DNA from: Candidatus Eiseniibacteriota bacterium
GTDB taxonomy: Bacteria; Eisenbacteria; RBG-16-71-46; CAVPCR01
NCBI GenBank assembly: GCA_963823555.1
Contig: CAWGMA010000001.1
Location: 2,176,001-2,240,000 of the forward strand
DNA length: 64,000 nt
Reading direction: 5' to 3'
Positions 45,698 through 53,727 of the stretch are shown piece after piece (the stretch's first letter is position 1; every line of letters starts with the position of its first letter). The position numbers and the translations under genes were made by a program. The notes beneath the pieces are model-generated. The model did no database searches, was not told the origin of the DNA, and saw only the letters and a program-made list of their open reading frames with translations.

Positions 45698-46801
45698 TCA
45701 CGCGCTCCGCCGGAGCGCGCGCGATGGCCTGAGAGCGCCCAGGTTCTCGCGGGCGCCGCTCAGGTACATGTCGAAGAGAGCCCGCGAGAAGCGGCCGTTC
45801 GGAGCCTGCCAGCGTTCATGCGACTCGCAGAAGCGTCTGAGCGCGAAGAGATCGTCGCCCGGCCGCACGAGGCCGTAGACGACGGTGAATGCGGCCCGAA
45901 AGCCGGCGTCGCGCACGCTCGCCTTCACCTCGTCGGTATAGTCATTGGCTGGATTCCCGAAGGGATAGGCGAAGAGGTCGACCGTCCCTCCCAGTTCGCG
46001 CTCGAGGACGGCCCTGGAGTCGCTGATCTCGCGCCGCGCCTCGGCCAGCGGCAGGTGCTTCAGGTTGCGATGCGTCATCGTGTGCGCCCCCATCGTCACG
46101 AGGCCGCTCGCCACGAGGGCGCGCGCCTCCTCCCAGCTCATCATGCGATCTTCGGTATTGGCCCGCGGGTCGACGCCCAGATCGGCGGCGATGCGGTTCA
46201 CGACTTCCTGCTTCTCCGACTCGGAGACCCGCTTGAGGACGACGACGAGGCCCTCGGCATTGCCCGCCGCCCAGTCCGGAGCCGGCAGCTGGTGGCGCTC
46301 GGCGAGGAGGCGTTCGATCTCGGCGGGGCTCTGGCGCGCCGCGCGCAGGACATAGCTCAGCTTATCCCACCACATGGTCTCTTCCGAGCCGATGAAGCCG
46401 GCGGTGAGGAAGATGGTGGCCGGGCAATCGAGGGCGCGGAGCACGGGAAAGGCCACTGTTGCGTTGTCCCGGTAGCCGTCGTCGAACGTCACCGCCACGG
46501 TGCGCGGCGGCAGCGGGCGGCGGCGAGAGAGGGCATCGACCATCTCGGCGAGCGGCAGCACGCGGTAGCGGCGCACCAGGTGTTCGATGTGGGCGGCGAA
46601 GTGACGCTGCTCGAGTTGCCAGCCGGCTCCCGCGCCGTCGGCATGAACGCGATGGAACATGAGGATCGCGCCGGCGCCCCCGGCACGATCGTGGAGGGGA
46701 CCCAGGCGGCGGTCGAGACCGGTGTAGTGCAGACCGGCGCAGGCCGCCCACTCGGCAAGACGATAGAGCCTGGAACGACCGTAGGGATTCGCTGGGCGCA
46801 T
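45698..46801 (-). CDS. Polysaccharide deacetylase (CE4/NodB)
   Basis: 'LMFHRV', 'VTFDDGYRDN', 'HTMTH', 'FAYPFG'. Confidence 0.9.
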   Translation of the reverse strand: MRPANPYGRSRLYRLAEWAACAGLHYTGLDRRLGPLHDRAGGAGAILMFHRVHADGAGAGWQLEQRHFAAHIEHLVRRYRVLPLAEMVDALSRRRPLPPRTVAVTFDDGYRDNATVAFPVLRALDCPATIFLTAGFIGSEETMWWDKLSYVLRAARQSPAEIERLLAERHQLPAPDWAAGNAEGLVVVLKRVSESEKQEVVNRIAADLGVDPRANTEDRMMSWEEARALVASGLVTMGAHTMTHRNLKHLPLAEARREISDSRAVLERELGGTVDLFAYPFGNPANDYTDEVKASVRDAGFRAAFTVVYGLVRPGDDLFALRRFCESHERWQAPNGRFSRALFDMYLSGARENLGALRPSRALRRSA

Positions 46802-46905
46802 ACGACCTTGATTTCCTGCCCGGAGGGCCACCTCCGCGAGACGCGATCGGCCGGGCGTCACGTTAACCGAAAGGGAGCGGCGGCGAAAGCCCCGGCCGCC
46901 GAGCT

Positions 46906-47790
46906 TCAGGCGGCTCGTTCGCCGAGCCGCCTGAGCCCGTCCATGACCGGCGGGTCGAAATGCACATCCAGCTGCGGGAAGGCGATCGTGATCGCGGCCT
47001 CCTTGAAAGCCGACCAGACGCTCTCGTGGAGATCGGAGATGGCCCGGCGATACTCCCACGGATCGCCCATCCAGATGGCCACTTCGAAGTTGACCGAGTT
47101 GTCGCCGAAACCGGTCATGAAGACGTGCGGCATCCGTCCCGGTGCCGCCCACTTGGCATTCACGTCGCTGGCGACCTGCTCCAGGATCTCACGCACGCGC
47201 GGCATGTCGGACGCATAGACGACGCCCACTGGAACGCGGATCCGGAAGGTCGAGTCCTTGAGCGTGTAGTTCTTGACGATCGACTGGATGAGCACCGAGT
47301 TGGGAACGATGAGGTCCTCGCCGTCGCGGGTGCGGGCAATGGTGGACCGGATCCCCATCTCCAGGACGCGGACCACGAGGCCTTGCACCTCGAGCACGTC
47401 TCCCGGTTTGATCGTGCGCTCGGTGAGGAGAATGATCCCGGCGACGAAGTTCTCGGCGATGCTCTGCATGGCGAAGCCGAGGCCGACGGCGAAAATGGCG
47501 CCGGCGGCGAAGAGAGCCGTGAGGTCGATACCCGCCGTCTGCAGGGCCACGGCCGAGCCGGTGATGAGGATCCCGTAGTAGAGCACCCCGGTGACGAGGC
47601 CCACGGTGCCGAGCTTGAACCCGCGCGCCCCGAGGATGCTGGCCAGAGCGCGCCGGGACACGCTGGCGAGGACGAGCGACACCAGGAACACGACGGCCAG
47701 GGTGACGAGAGTGGAGATGGTGATCGCGGTGTCACCAATGTCGAACAAGCGAACGTCAAGCGTCGAGCGGAGCGCCTCCATCCATACCAT
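46906..47790 (-). CDS. mscS: Small-conductance mechanosensitive channel
   Basis: 'AVGLGFAMQSIAENFVAG', 'IVPNS', 'IAFPQLDVH'; GGAGG RBS. Confidence 0.9.
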   Translation of the reverse strand: MVWMEALRSTLDVRLFDIGDTAITISTLVTLAVVFLVSLVLASVSRRALASILGARGFKLGTVGLVTGVLYYGILITGSAVALQTAGIDLTALFAAGAIFAVGLGFAMQSIAENFVAGIILLTERTIKPGDVLEVQGLVVRVLEMGIRSTIARTRDGEDLIVPNSVLIQSIVKNYTLKDSTFRIRVPVGVVYASDMPRVREILEQVASDVNAKWAAPGRMPHVFMTGFGDNSVNFEVAIWMGDPWEYRRAISDLHESVWSAFKEAAITIAFPQLDVHFDPPVMDGLRRLGERAA

Positions 47791-47995
47791 CGCGATCCCT
47801 CCTGTTCCTGGTCCTGTTAGGCCGAAGGTGGCGGAAGGGATCTTAGGTGATGAGGGGGGTCCGGGAAACGCGGCCTGCCGGGCGGGGCCTCTGGGAGCGG
47901 CGGCGGTGGCGGGATCCGGGGGGCGATCGACGCGGCCCGCCCCCCGGGCGGCCTCTCCCCGCGTACTGTATGAGTCGCCCAAGAGGAGCAAGAAG

Positions 47996-50743
47996 TCACA
48001 GCGAAACGGGGCGGGACCGACGGGAAGCCGCGAAGAGCGCGGCGGTGAGGAGAAGGACCACGAGGAGGAGCCGGTCCCGGCCCGGGCCCCGCGGCTCGAG
48101 GGAGACCTCGACGTCCGGATCTCCGGTCACGATGAACCCCGCCCAGTAGAAGGGATGGCTGGTTTCGGGACGCCGCTCGAGAGCACGCTGGGCATGGCCG
48201 AGCGCGGCCGCCACCGGCTCGCCACGTGCCAGATGGGCATAGAGGCAGGCCATGAAGTCGGCGGTCACGCGGTCGTCGACCGGCCACAGGGTGGCCACGA
48301 TCGAGGAAGCTCCGGCGCTCAGGAACGCGCTCGAGATACCGAGCACCCCCTCCCCGGAGAGAACGCGCCCCCCGGCCGAGGCGCAGCTCGAGAGGACGAC
48401 GAGACGGGCCCCCAGCTCCATGGCCGAGATCTCGCCGGCGCGCAGGACGGTGGGTTCGCCGGCGGAGCCGAGGAGGAGGCCGGATTGCCATGGACGCTGA
48501 TCATCCAGCTTGAGGTGCGAGGCGAAATGCAATACATCAGCACCACTTAGCAGAGAGTCATCGATGGCCGGCCCCACCCCGCCAGCGACGGTCACGCCGC
48601 GATAGCTGCGGAGAGCAGCGAGCTCGATGTCGACGCCGGGTAGCTCGACGCCGTTCGCCGCCTGGCGCCCGGCGATGGCCAGCACCCGGGATGCCGGGAC
48701 CACCTCGTGTCCTCGCAGGTGGAGCCAGGTGCTCGCCGAGGGAATGCGCAGCCAGGTCCGGGGTGATGACCCGCTGCCTGAATCACCCGACGCGGAATCC
48801 ATGTAGGCAAAGGGCAGCATCGTGACCACGCCATCGGGGGCGACGATCACGGTGCGATGCCGGTCGAGCAGGTCGCGGACTCCATCGCACAGGACTCCCA
48901 GCAGGTGATGCGCGGAGGCCCTGAGCGCCGCCTCATCGCCGGCTCCTGGCTCCGGGGGCGCCGAGACGAGCTCCAGGAAGCGATGCCCTCTCGACTCCAG
49001 GTCGGCACCCTCGAGGCGCATGGCCCGCGCATCGTCGCGGGACACGGCCAGGACCAGCGAGCACTCGGTGCCCAAGTAGAAATCGAGAAAGAGCTCCCCC
49101 GGTCGGAGGGCCGTGCTCCTGAGGTCCTCGAGCGTGGCCAGTGGCATGGCTTCCCGGTCCGTGGCGGCAGCTCGACCCGGACCGGCCATGCGCTCCTGAA
49201 GCGTCCTCGCCTTGAACGACTGCAGCCGATCGAAGAGCTCCGCCGTCCGGCGCTCGGCCATCTCCGGATCGTTCTCCGCCAGTTGCTCGATGTCATCGAG
49301 GTAGAGCGCTGCCAGGAGCGAATAGAGGCGCCGCCCGGCTCGTCCGCGGCTCTCCCGCCACTCGGGATCCAGTGGGACGCCGCGCTCGGCGTACCACCGG
49401 CGTGCCGCTTCGTCGAGCCTGGCCATCGCTTCATCCGGGCGACCCGCACCACGGGCCGCCGCCGCGGCGACCACGAGCACCTCGACCTGGAGCGGGCTCG
49501 ACGTCGGGACCGCTCCGGCACCGAGATGAGGCGCAAGCTCGGCCTGGGCGGCCTCGTAGCGACCCAGAGCCGTTAGCAGGTCCGCCCGCTGGAGGGCGAC
49601 GCGTGCATTGATCTCACCGAGGGCGCGACCGGCCACGAGTTGCTTGGCCTCCGCGTTGATGGCGAGCGCTGAAGCGGTGCTGTCGAGCTCGGCCAGCACC
49701 TCGGCACGGCCGAGGCGGCACTCGACCTGGGTACGCAAGCGGATCCCGGGCTCGAGGGCCAGCGCCTCGTTGAAGGTCCTCGCAGCAAGATGCCGCCGCC
49801 CGCGGCGCCGTTCGAGATCAGCCAGCATGTAGAGGACATCGCCCTCGACATCGGTGAAGCCCCGCTCCCGGCATTCGACGAGCAGATCGTGGAGACCGAC
49901 TTCGGCCTCCCTGTAACGGCCGAGCTCGAGATGGCAGATGGCGACGTTCAGCGCCGGCATCAAGGCCTCTCGGACGTGACCGCCCGCCCGCTGCAGATCC
50001 TCGGCCGTGGCGAAGTACGGGCCGGCGATTCCGGGGTCGCCGAGCATGAACTCGAGGGTGGCCAGGTTGTTGAGCGCCATGGCCTCGACCATCTGGAACC
50101 GCGCCTCGCGCGCCCGCACCGCCGCCCGCTCGAAGGAGAGCTTCGCCTCTTCGTAGCGAGCGAGCCGCTGCTCGGCGACACCGAGGCCGTTCAGCGCCCA
50201 GGCCTCACCCTCCCGATCCTCGAGGGCCGCGAACAGCTCGCTGGCGCGGGCATAGTGCGTGGCTGCAAGAAGGCTCTCCCCGGTCCCGAGGGCATCCCAT
50301 CCCAGGCCGACCAGGGCCCAGGCCTCGTGCCGGCGGTCTCCGCTGGCGAGCGACCGGTCGTGGAGCCGCTGATAGAGCTGCCTCGCCTCATCCGCTCGCC
50401 CGGCAAGGCCGACAGCAACGCTCAGCCAGCGGAGCGCCGCCAGAGCCCGGGCCGAGTCCCCGCGAGCGGTGGCCCGATCGAGGGCCGAGCGGGCCTTCGC
50501 CTCCGCCCGGCGCGGCTCCCCGACGGATGCATAGCGGGAAGCGGCGCGCAGGAGAAGATCGAGCTCGACTTCGGGATCCTGAGGGCGAGCGAGCAGGGAG
50601 TCGGTGACGTGGAGGGAAAGCGCTCTGTTGCCCGCGTCCCACAGCGAATCGACATCTGCCAGCTGAGCTGCGGCCGGCAGCGAATGGGCGAAGACGAGAA
50701 GGGGGATGGCAGCAAACAGGAACGTCGCGGCCCGTTCCCTCAT
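47996..50743 (-). CDS. Exported TPR-CHAT (caspase-HetF-like) protease with C-terminal membrane anchor
   Basis: Signal peptide; TPRs; 'IVAPDG..LPF', catalytic 'HFASH' and 'LSSC', 'ATLWPVDD', 'HPFYWAGF'; C-terminal hydrophobic helix followed by RRSR. Confidence 0.9.
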   Translation of the reverse strand: MRERAATFLFAAIPLLVFAHSLPAAAQLADVDSLWDAGNRALSLHVTDSLLARPQDPEVELDLLLRAASRYASVGEPRRAEAKARSALDRATARGDSARALAALRWLSVAVGLAGRADEARQLYQRLHDRSLASGDRRHEAWALVGLGWDALGTGESLLAATHYARASELFAALEDREGEAWALNGLGVAEQRLARYEEAKLSFERAAVRAREARFQMVEAMALNNLATLEFMLGDPGIAGPYFATAEDLQRAGGHVREALMPALNVAICHLELGRYREAEVGLHDLLVECRERGFTDVEGDVLYMLADLERRRGRRHLAARTFNEALALEPGIRLRTQVECRLGRAEVLAELDSTASALAINAEAKQLVAGRALGEINARVALQRADLLTALGRYEAAQAELAPHLGAGAVPTSSPLQVEVLVVAAAAARGAGRPDEAMARLDEAARRWYAERGVPLDPEWRESRGRAGRRLYSLLAALYLDDIEQLAENDPEMAERRTAELFDRLQSFKARTLQERMAGPGRAAATDREAMPLATLEDLRSTALRPGELFLDFYLGTECSLVLAVSRDDARAMRLEGADLESRGHRFLELVSAPPEPGAGDEAALRASAHHLLGVLCDGVRDLLDRHRTVIVAPDGVVTMLPFAYMDSASGDSGSGSSPRTWLRIPSASTWLHLRGHEVVPASRVLAIAGRQAANGVELPGVDIELAALRSYRGVTVAGGVGPAIDDSLLSGADVLHFASHLKLDDQRPWQSGLLLGSAGEPTVLRAGEISAMELGARLVVLSSCASAGGRVLSGEGVLGISSAFLSAGASSIVATLWPVDDRVTADFMACLYAHLARGEPVAAALGHAQRALERRPETSHPFYWAGFIVTGDPDVEVSLEPRGPGRDRLLLVVLLLTAALFAASRRSRPVSL

Positions 50744-51471
50744 CGCGACCGGGCGAGCGGCTGTGGTCGCGAATGCGCGATCTCATCCCCGTCACGCAGC
50801 GCGAGAACCTGCCAGAAGGGGGGGCTACCCGGGGAGGCGCCTGGCGACGCGAGCTCCTGCTCAGCGACGCGAAGGCTGGTCTCGGGAGCCAGCACCTCGC
50901 GGCGCGACCGCTCGGCGAGATCGGTTCCGAGGAAGATGAGAGCATAGCCGTCCGCCTCGTCGACGGGGACCCAGCGGAAGAGCCACTCTCCGGGTCCCGC
51001 CACCTCGACGGTGGCCGCCAGAACGGTCCCGGGCTCGGCGGCTTCCTGGCGCAGAACGATGCGTTCGCCGGCCGGGCCCCCGGCGCGGTGGAGCGCGTTC
51101 AAACCGACGACCACGAGAGTGATCGCCGCTGCCACAGCGAGCGCACCGCGCCACCGCACCGGGGATCGACGCCCTGTCAAGACATCGAGAACCTTCTCCC
51201 ATCCGGTCATTTCCCGCGCCGACCTCGATTCGCGTCCGGTGACCATCCTGCGCTCGGGAAAGATCTCGCGCTCGAGGGCCGCTTGGAGACGGCGATCCAT
51301 CACATCAGCGGCGGCGTCGCCCGGAAGGTCGCCGCCACGCAGGAACAGCGCATAGGAATCGAGGAGGCTGCGACAGCGGGGACAGCCCGCAATGTGCTCT
51401 CGCCGCGGGTCATCCTCCGGCCACGACCGGACCTCTTCCAGATCTTCGACGGGGAGACACTCTCTAGTCAT
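50740..51471 (-). CDS. Zinc-finger (zf-HC2) transmembrane anti-sigma factor
   Basis: N-terminal Cys plus 'HIAGCPRC' (HxxxCxxC), single TM, extracytoplasmic beta domain; overlaps both neighbours. Confidence 0.8.
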   Translation of the reverse strand: MTRECLPVEDLEEVRSWPEDDPRREHIAGCPRCRSLLDSYALFLRGGDLPGDAAADVMDRRLQAALEREIFPERRMVTGRESRSAREMTGWEKVLDVLTGRRSPVRWRGALAVAAAITLVVVGLNALHRAGGPAGERIVLRQEAAEPGTVLAATVEVAGPGEWLFRWVPVDEADGYALIFLGTDLAERSRREVLAPETSLRVAEQELASPGASPGSPPFWQVLALRDGDEIAHSRPQPLARSR

Positions 51472-52060
51472 TTTCCCACCGCTGGCGCAGCACTACCTTG
51501 AGCTTCCGGCGCGCCCGCTGCAGAACCGCCCGCGCGCCGGTCCGCCCGGACAGATTGAGGATGCTCGTGATCATCACGACCGACATCCCTTCGAAATAGC
51601 GCAGCCAGATCGCCTCCTGCTCCACAGGGTCGAGCTTCCGGCCGACCAGTTCCCAGAACTCGCGCTCGGCGATCCGCCGAGCCGGATTCGCATCCGCGTC
51701 CGCGCAGTCGGCGACATCGACATCGCCCGAACTCACCAACTCGATCCCGAGCTGCGCCGGGGAGCGCCGGAGAGCGCTCCGGCAACGGTTGCGAGTAATG
51801 GCGAAGAGCCAGGAGCTGAACCGCGCCTTACCCTCGAACGCAGGGAGTCCCCGGTATGCGGCGATCAAGACGTCCTGCGCCAGATCAGCAGCCGATTCCG
51901 GATCCTGGACGACCTGATAGCACCAGGCATAGATGCGCCGCCGGTAGCGAGCGAGAAGCTCGGAAGCCGCCGCCCGCACCGATTCGCTATCCGCTCCTCT
52001 CCGCGCGATTTGCAGGAGCTCATCGTCGCTCGGAGGGTTGCGCCCGGTGTGTGTTCTCAT
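51464..52060 (-). CDS. ECF RNA polymerase sigma factor
   Basis: 'SDDELL', 'AADLAQDV', 'FSSWLFAITRNRC', region 4 'LRYFEGMS...RARRKL'. Confidence 0.92.
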   Translation of the reverse strand: MRTHTGRNPPSDDELLQIARRGADSESVRAAASELLARYRRRIYAWCYQVVQDPESAADLAQDVLIAAYRGLPAFEGKARFSSWLFAITRNRCRSALRRSPAQLGIELVSSGDVDVADCADADANPARRIAEREFWELVGRKLDPVEQEAIWLRYFEGMSVVMITSILNLSGRTGARAVLQRARRKLKVVLRQRWEND

Positions 52061-52063
52061 CCG

Positions 52064-52094
52064 ATTAGACGCCGCGTCGGTGGAAAAAGTCACA
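52064..52094 (-). promoter_or_regulatory. Putative autoregulatory ECF promoter
   Basis: Minus strand reads tGTGAC-17 bp-CGTCTAAT-cgg-ATG, with no SD sequence. Confidence 0.55.
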
Positions 52095-52198
52095 GTGGGG
52101 GACGATCACACCCGCCCCCGCCGCTCTTGGCATTGTCGCACACCGAGACGTGACCGGCAGCCCCGGCGGGAGGCGAGCGGAGCGGAGCCCCTCGCCGT

Positions 52199-52711
52199 TC
52201 AGTGGTCCCCGCGTTCCACCCGCGTCTTGAGCCCGAGGAGCCCACCGCGCACCAGCAGATGGTGCCACCGCACCTCCCACTTGCGGACGAGCAGGCGGGC
52301 CACCCACCCCATCGGACGCACGCCGTACCAGGCGAAACGCACCGCCGTGAGCGCTCCGTAGGGCTCGATCTCCCAGGCCGCCCGGCCGACGAGATCGCCG
52401 CGCAGATCCAATTGAATGAAATCCGGATCGCGAATCTCGGTCACGCGAAAGCGCCACCGCGGACAGCGCCAGGGGCCGATCGACATACGGCCCTCGGCTC
52501 CCACGCCGGCCACCGTGTTGGGAACGCTGAGCGCGACGTTGAGGCCAGGCCACCAGCTGTCATAGCGGTCCATGTCCCGCAGCAATCGCATGACCAGACG
52601 CGGGCTCGAAACCACCGCAATCTCGTCGGATGTGGCCCAGCTGCCATCGCCCAGACGCTGATCCATGGTGACACGCACGAAGTCACGGGCGTCTCTGGCC
52701 GGCTCTCGCAT
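52199..52711 (-). CDS. SRPBCC/START-fold protein
   Basis: 'LRDMDRYDSWWP', 'GDLVGRAAWEI', C-terminal helix 'GLKTRVE'; TGATG coupling to the upstream gene. Confidence 0.7.
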   Translation of the reverse strand: MREPARDARDFVRVTMDQRLGDGSWATSDEIAVVSSPRLVMRLLRDMDRYDSWWPGLNVALSVPNTVAGVGAEGRMSIGPWRCPRWRFRVTEIRDPDFIQLDLRGDLVGRAAWEIEPYGALTAVRFAWYGVRPMGWVARLLVRKWEVRWHHLLVRGGLLGLKTRVERGDH

Positions 52712-53634
52712 CAACGATCACTCTCGACGCAGTCGTAGATGAGAACGCCGTCGAAGCGCGCGCGACCGGCCAGGGCCGGATCCGGATCGCCGGGACGGAA
52801 GAAGTAGTCGAGGATATCGACGAGCGCGACCTTCCCGTTCTCGCTCGATGCGTGCAGGAGGCATCGCCCGTCGAGGAGGAACCCCTCGTGGGACACGAGC
52901 AGTCCCTTGGCGACATTGGCCTCGCGCACGAAGGCAATGCCACAGGTTGCCGGCACTCGCTGGAGCACCGCCCGCAGGTGCGCGGCCGGGACGTAATCGA
53001 GCGTGAGCTCGCGCTCCCATCCGAGCGGCAGGAGCTCCTCGCCATCGGCCTTCCGGTTCAGGATCACGTGGACCGACTTCCGCTCGCCGGGGGCCGCCAC
53101 CTGGCAAGTGAGATCGACGAAGAGAGGCGAACCGGTCAGCCGGTCAGCCGTGAAATGGAGGCGGTTCTCGTACTCGACGGGGAACGTATCGCCTTGCTGC
53201 CGGTAGTTGGCAGGACCCATCCAGTGGCGGGCCGCGGCCGCATCTCGGGCGTGCGCCATCGCCACGGTGGTGAGGACGAGCACCGTGCAGTCGGCCTCGT
53301 CGACGCGGAAGACGGGATCCGGATCCGCTGCACTCTCCTCGCCGAGCGTGCCGAGCCGGTAGGGCGCGCCGAGCCGGGCCAGGGCGAGGGCGCGCAGGCG
53401 CGCGGCGAACGAGGGCTCCGCGGCGCGGAGTCGGCCGAGAACGCTGTCGAGCTCGACCGGCGAGAGGGTGTGGAGAGGCGGTAGGGACGAGGAAGCGACG
53501 AGCGTCGCGCAATCCCCTACCGCTTCCTTGCTGCCCGCGGCCGAGACCATGGTGACCGTCCCTGAGCAGAGGATGAGGGCGCCCGCCACCCACAGGAGGG
53601 TCCAGGATCCATATCGAAACTCGTCTCGCTTCAT
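52711..53634 (-). CDS. DUF1460 NlpC/P60-type N-acetylmuramoyl-L-alanine amidase-like protein
   Basis: Signal peptide; 'LGAPYRLGTLGE', 'DCT', 'RLHF', 'SHEGF', 'LHASS'. Confidence 0.8.
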   Translation of the reverse strand: MKRDEFRYGSWTLLWVAGALILCSGTVTMVSAAGSKEAVGDCATLVASSSLPPLHTLSPVELDSVLGRLRAAEPSFAARLRALALARLGAPYRLGTLGEESAADPDPVFRVDEADCTVLVLTTVAMAHARDAAAARHWMGPANYRQQGDTFPVEYENRLHFTADRLTGSPLFVDLTCQVAAPGERKSVHVILNRKADGEELLPLGWERELTLDYVPAAHLRAVLQRVPATCGIAFVREANVAKGLLVSHEGFLLDGRCLLHASSENGKVALVDILDYFFRPGDPDPALAGRARFDGVLIYDCVESDR

Positions 53635-53673
53635 TTCTCTCCCCGATGTGCCACCGAGCCTAGCACACGACAA

Positions 53674-53704
53674 GAGGGGAGCCATCCCGAGGATGGCTCC
53701 CCTC
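53674..53704 (-). terminator. Intrinsic terminator
   Basis: gaggggagccatcc-cga-ggatggctcccctc, a 14-bp stem 23 bp after the stop at 53728. Confidence 0.75.
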
Positions 53705-53727
53705 CGTCGATACGAGCCTGGACGCTC

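Noticed and set aside
44492..47218. 908-aa plus-strand ORF
   Set aside because: Antisense shadow of four well-supported minus-strand genes, with no motifs; expected in high-GC DNA.
47996..52060. Type III-E CRISPR (Craspase) locus
   Set aside because: No Cas7-11, Csx30/31 or array in the window; the CHAT protein appears exported.
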